A DNA stretch of 64,000 bases from a virus (taxonomy: Duplodnaviria > Caudoviricetes), in the IMG/VR virus record IMGVR_UViG_3300026522_000002, positions 36,575 to 100,574 of that record. One strand, given 5' to 3'. This document shows positions 62,301 to 64,000 of the stretch, in pieces. Position 1 is the first letter of the stretch. The number at the start of each line of letters is the position of its first letter. The position numbers and the translations under genes were made by a program. The notes below the pieces were generated by a model. The model searched no databases, was not told where the DNA came from, and saw only the letters and a program-made list of their open reading frames with translations.

Positions 62301-64000
62301 TGCAGGTGCAGGATTATTTATTAAACAGAATGAACGTGGAGAATATGTAATGAAACAAGGCCTTACTCCTTGGGTGTTTACAACAGTGTATAGAATGTAT
62401 GCTGGAAATAATAACCAGGGTGGCATGATACAGGCATTGTCTCCTACAAATCAGAATCCAACTTCTTTCAATCTAAACGGCGTAGAAATCGATATAAATA
62501 ATCCAGAACACATAGATATGTGTAAACATCAGATTGTGCGCACATTGAGATGGTTTGGGATTAACTTCGAAAAAGAAGCACTCGATTATACATTGGTCCA
62601 TAAGTATGGCGGTAAGGGAGCTAACGAACTCTATTAGTTCTTGACAGATACTAAATTTGGCGGATTTAAGAGTTTCTTAAACCTTGTAAGTTCGTTGAAT
62701 TATAATGAAACTCTCAACCTCGAAGGCAATACGGTTCCATTCTTACACAAGCGTAATGGTGATCCTGTACAAGTAGACGAGATGTTCTCTTACAACGGAT
62801 TTGTCAAATCTCTTGCAAGTCGTAAATATGCATATAGACATTCGTTCGATCAAATGAGCGTACTTGCTACAAATAATAAGCAATTCTACGAGATGTCTGA
62901 AAACAACTTCTTAACAGACAGATTATTCGAGATGCAGACGGATCCTAATGAATTAGCCAGCGCTAAGGCAGACCCATACATCTATGTAGAAGAAGAGCAA
63001 CTTGTAGGAGAGAACTCTAAATACGGCAGCCTTATTGTAGAACACATAGACGAAGGTAAAGGACCGTTGGAAATCGCTACGTTGATCGGATTTAGTAGTT
63101 ATGAAGCTGGTGCAGACGATGTGGATTATGCTCAGATGAGTGCTCGAGAAGATTACATTGCTAAATTCTCGGCATTGCTTTCAGGTAGAATGATATTCCC
63201 AACACAGTCTGATAAAAAGACTTGGGGATATGTTAAAGGTCTTATGCTTCCTGGATTAAACTTTAATAATCTGGCAGAAACAATGCCTACTAAGAAAGGC
63301 AGAATTGTAAGCGATGCAGTACTTGATAGACTTATAGCTTATGCTAAAACAGAAGATGCTGCAATTAGTAGATTCTTAGAAGAACACGATAGTATTCCAG
63401 AAGAACAGCGAATAGAAAACTACGATGAAGGATCTGAAGTAGAAGAAACGCTCGCTACTGGAGAGAAAGTAAAGCATCGTGTATTACAAGGCGGTAGATA
63501 TAGTGCATTGCTTGGTGTGTGGGACGGAGATACATTCATAGAGTTCAATAGATTGTTCGACGAAAACGGTGTATATCAAGACGAAAGAATGTGTCAGCAG
63601 CGTGCTCATGAATATTTCTTCAGTAAATCTCCTGAGGAACAGAGAGATATAATGAACACAATTCTGTTGAAGCAAACAGAACAAGAGCTCGAATATATTT
63701 GTGAACTTGGTCTCATTAATGGTGTGCCAAAACAAAAGACCGATGATTCTAACATGCTTGCATATAAGAATATTGGTCTAGACTATCGTAAAGTAGACGC
63801 TGTATATAATCTTCTTGCTGCTGCTTATCCTAATGGTGATCAAGAAAGATTAAGAAGAACAGCTCTCATGATGGTTGTTGGAGATGTTGTTGCTAAAGGC
63901 ATTGTTTCTATGAACGAGTACGAAAGAGTTTTCTGCGGTCAACCTTCATTCTTTAAATTTAAGTATGACGAAGAAGGGCATTTGATTAATCGTACTGACG
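53308..64000 (+). CDS. Giant virion polyprotein (>3500 aa, partial) with PD-(D/E)XK nuclease and zincin domains; probable virion RNA polymerase
   Basis: Track ORFs at 53830, 55945, 57043, 59275, 59644, 60415 and 61126 are all in frame with ATG 53308. Contains VAGETDMI...IIDFKT...YSNQL and YHEAFHRV. The RNAP catalytic motif was not seen within the window. Confidence 0.8.

Overview
This is part of a crAss-like bacteriophage genome (Crassvirales; host probably Bacteroidota) that recodes TAG as a sense codon, most likely Gln (code 15), in its late genes. Many fragments in the supplied ORF track join into single in-frame genes once TAG is read through. Left arm (1-10.4 kb, minus strand): small early/host-takeover genes interleaved with many RNA elements, namely a circularly permuted two-piece tmRNA (tag GNSYIADYTKLAA), a three-unit repeated structured RNA, several degenerate or remodelled tRNA-like RNAs and a type I hammerhead ribozyme. 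A back-to-back promoter-like motif pair at about 12.25 kb marks the strand switch. Right arm (plus strand), in order: GroES-like and HU-like genes, an amber suppressor tRNA(CUA), dUTPase split by a group I intron carrying an HNH endonuclease, a six-gene cassette of unknown function, TerS/TerL, portal, a kinase-like cargo protein, a PI-PLC-like enzyme, scaffold, major capsid protein, ring proteins, fibres, the lysis cassette, IHF-like protein, tail tubular and muzzle proteins, two cargo proteins, and a >3,500-aa polyprotein (nuclease plus zincin, probably the virion RNA polymerase) running off the window. All product calls come from motif recognition and synteny by eye; no database search was run.
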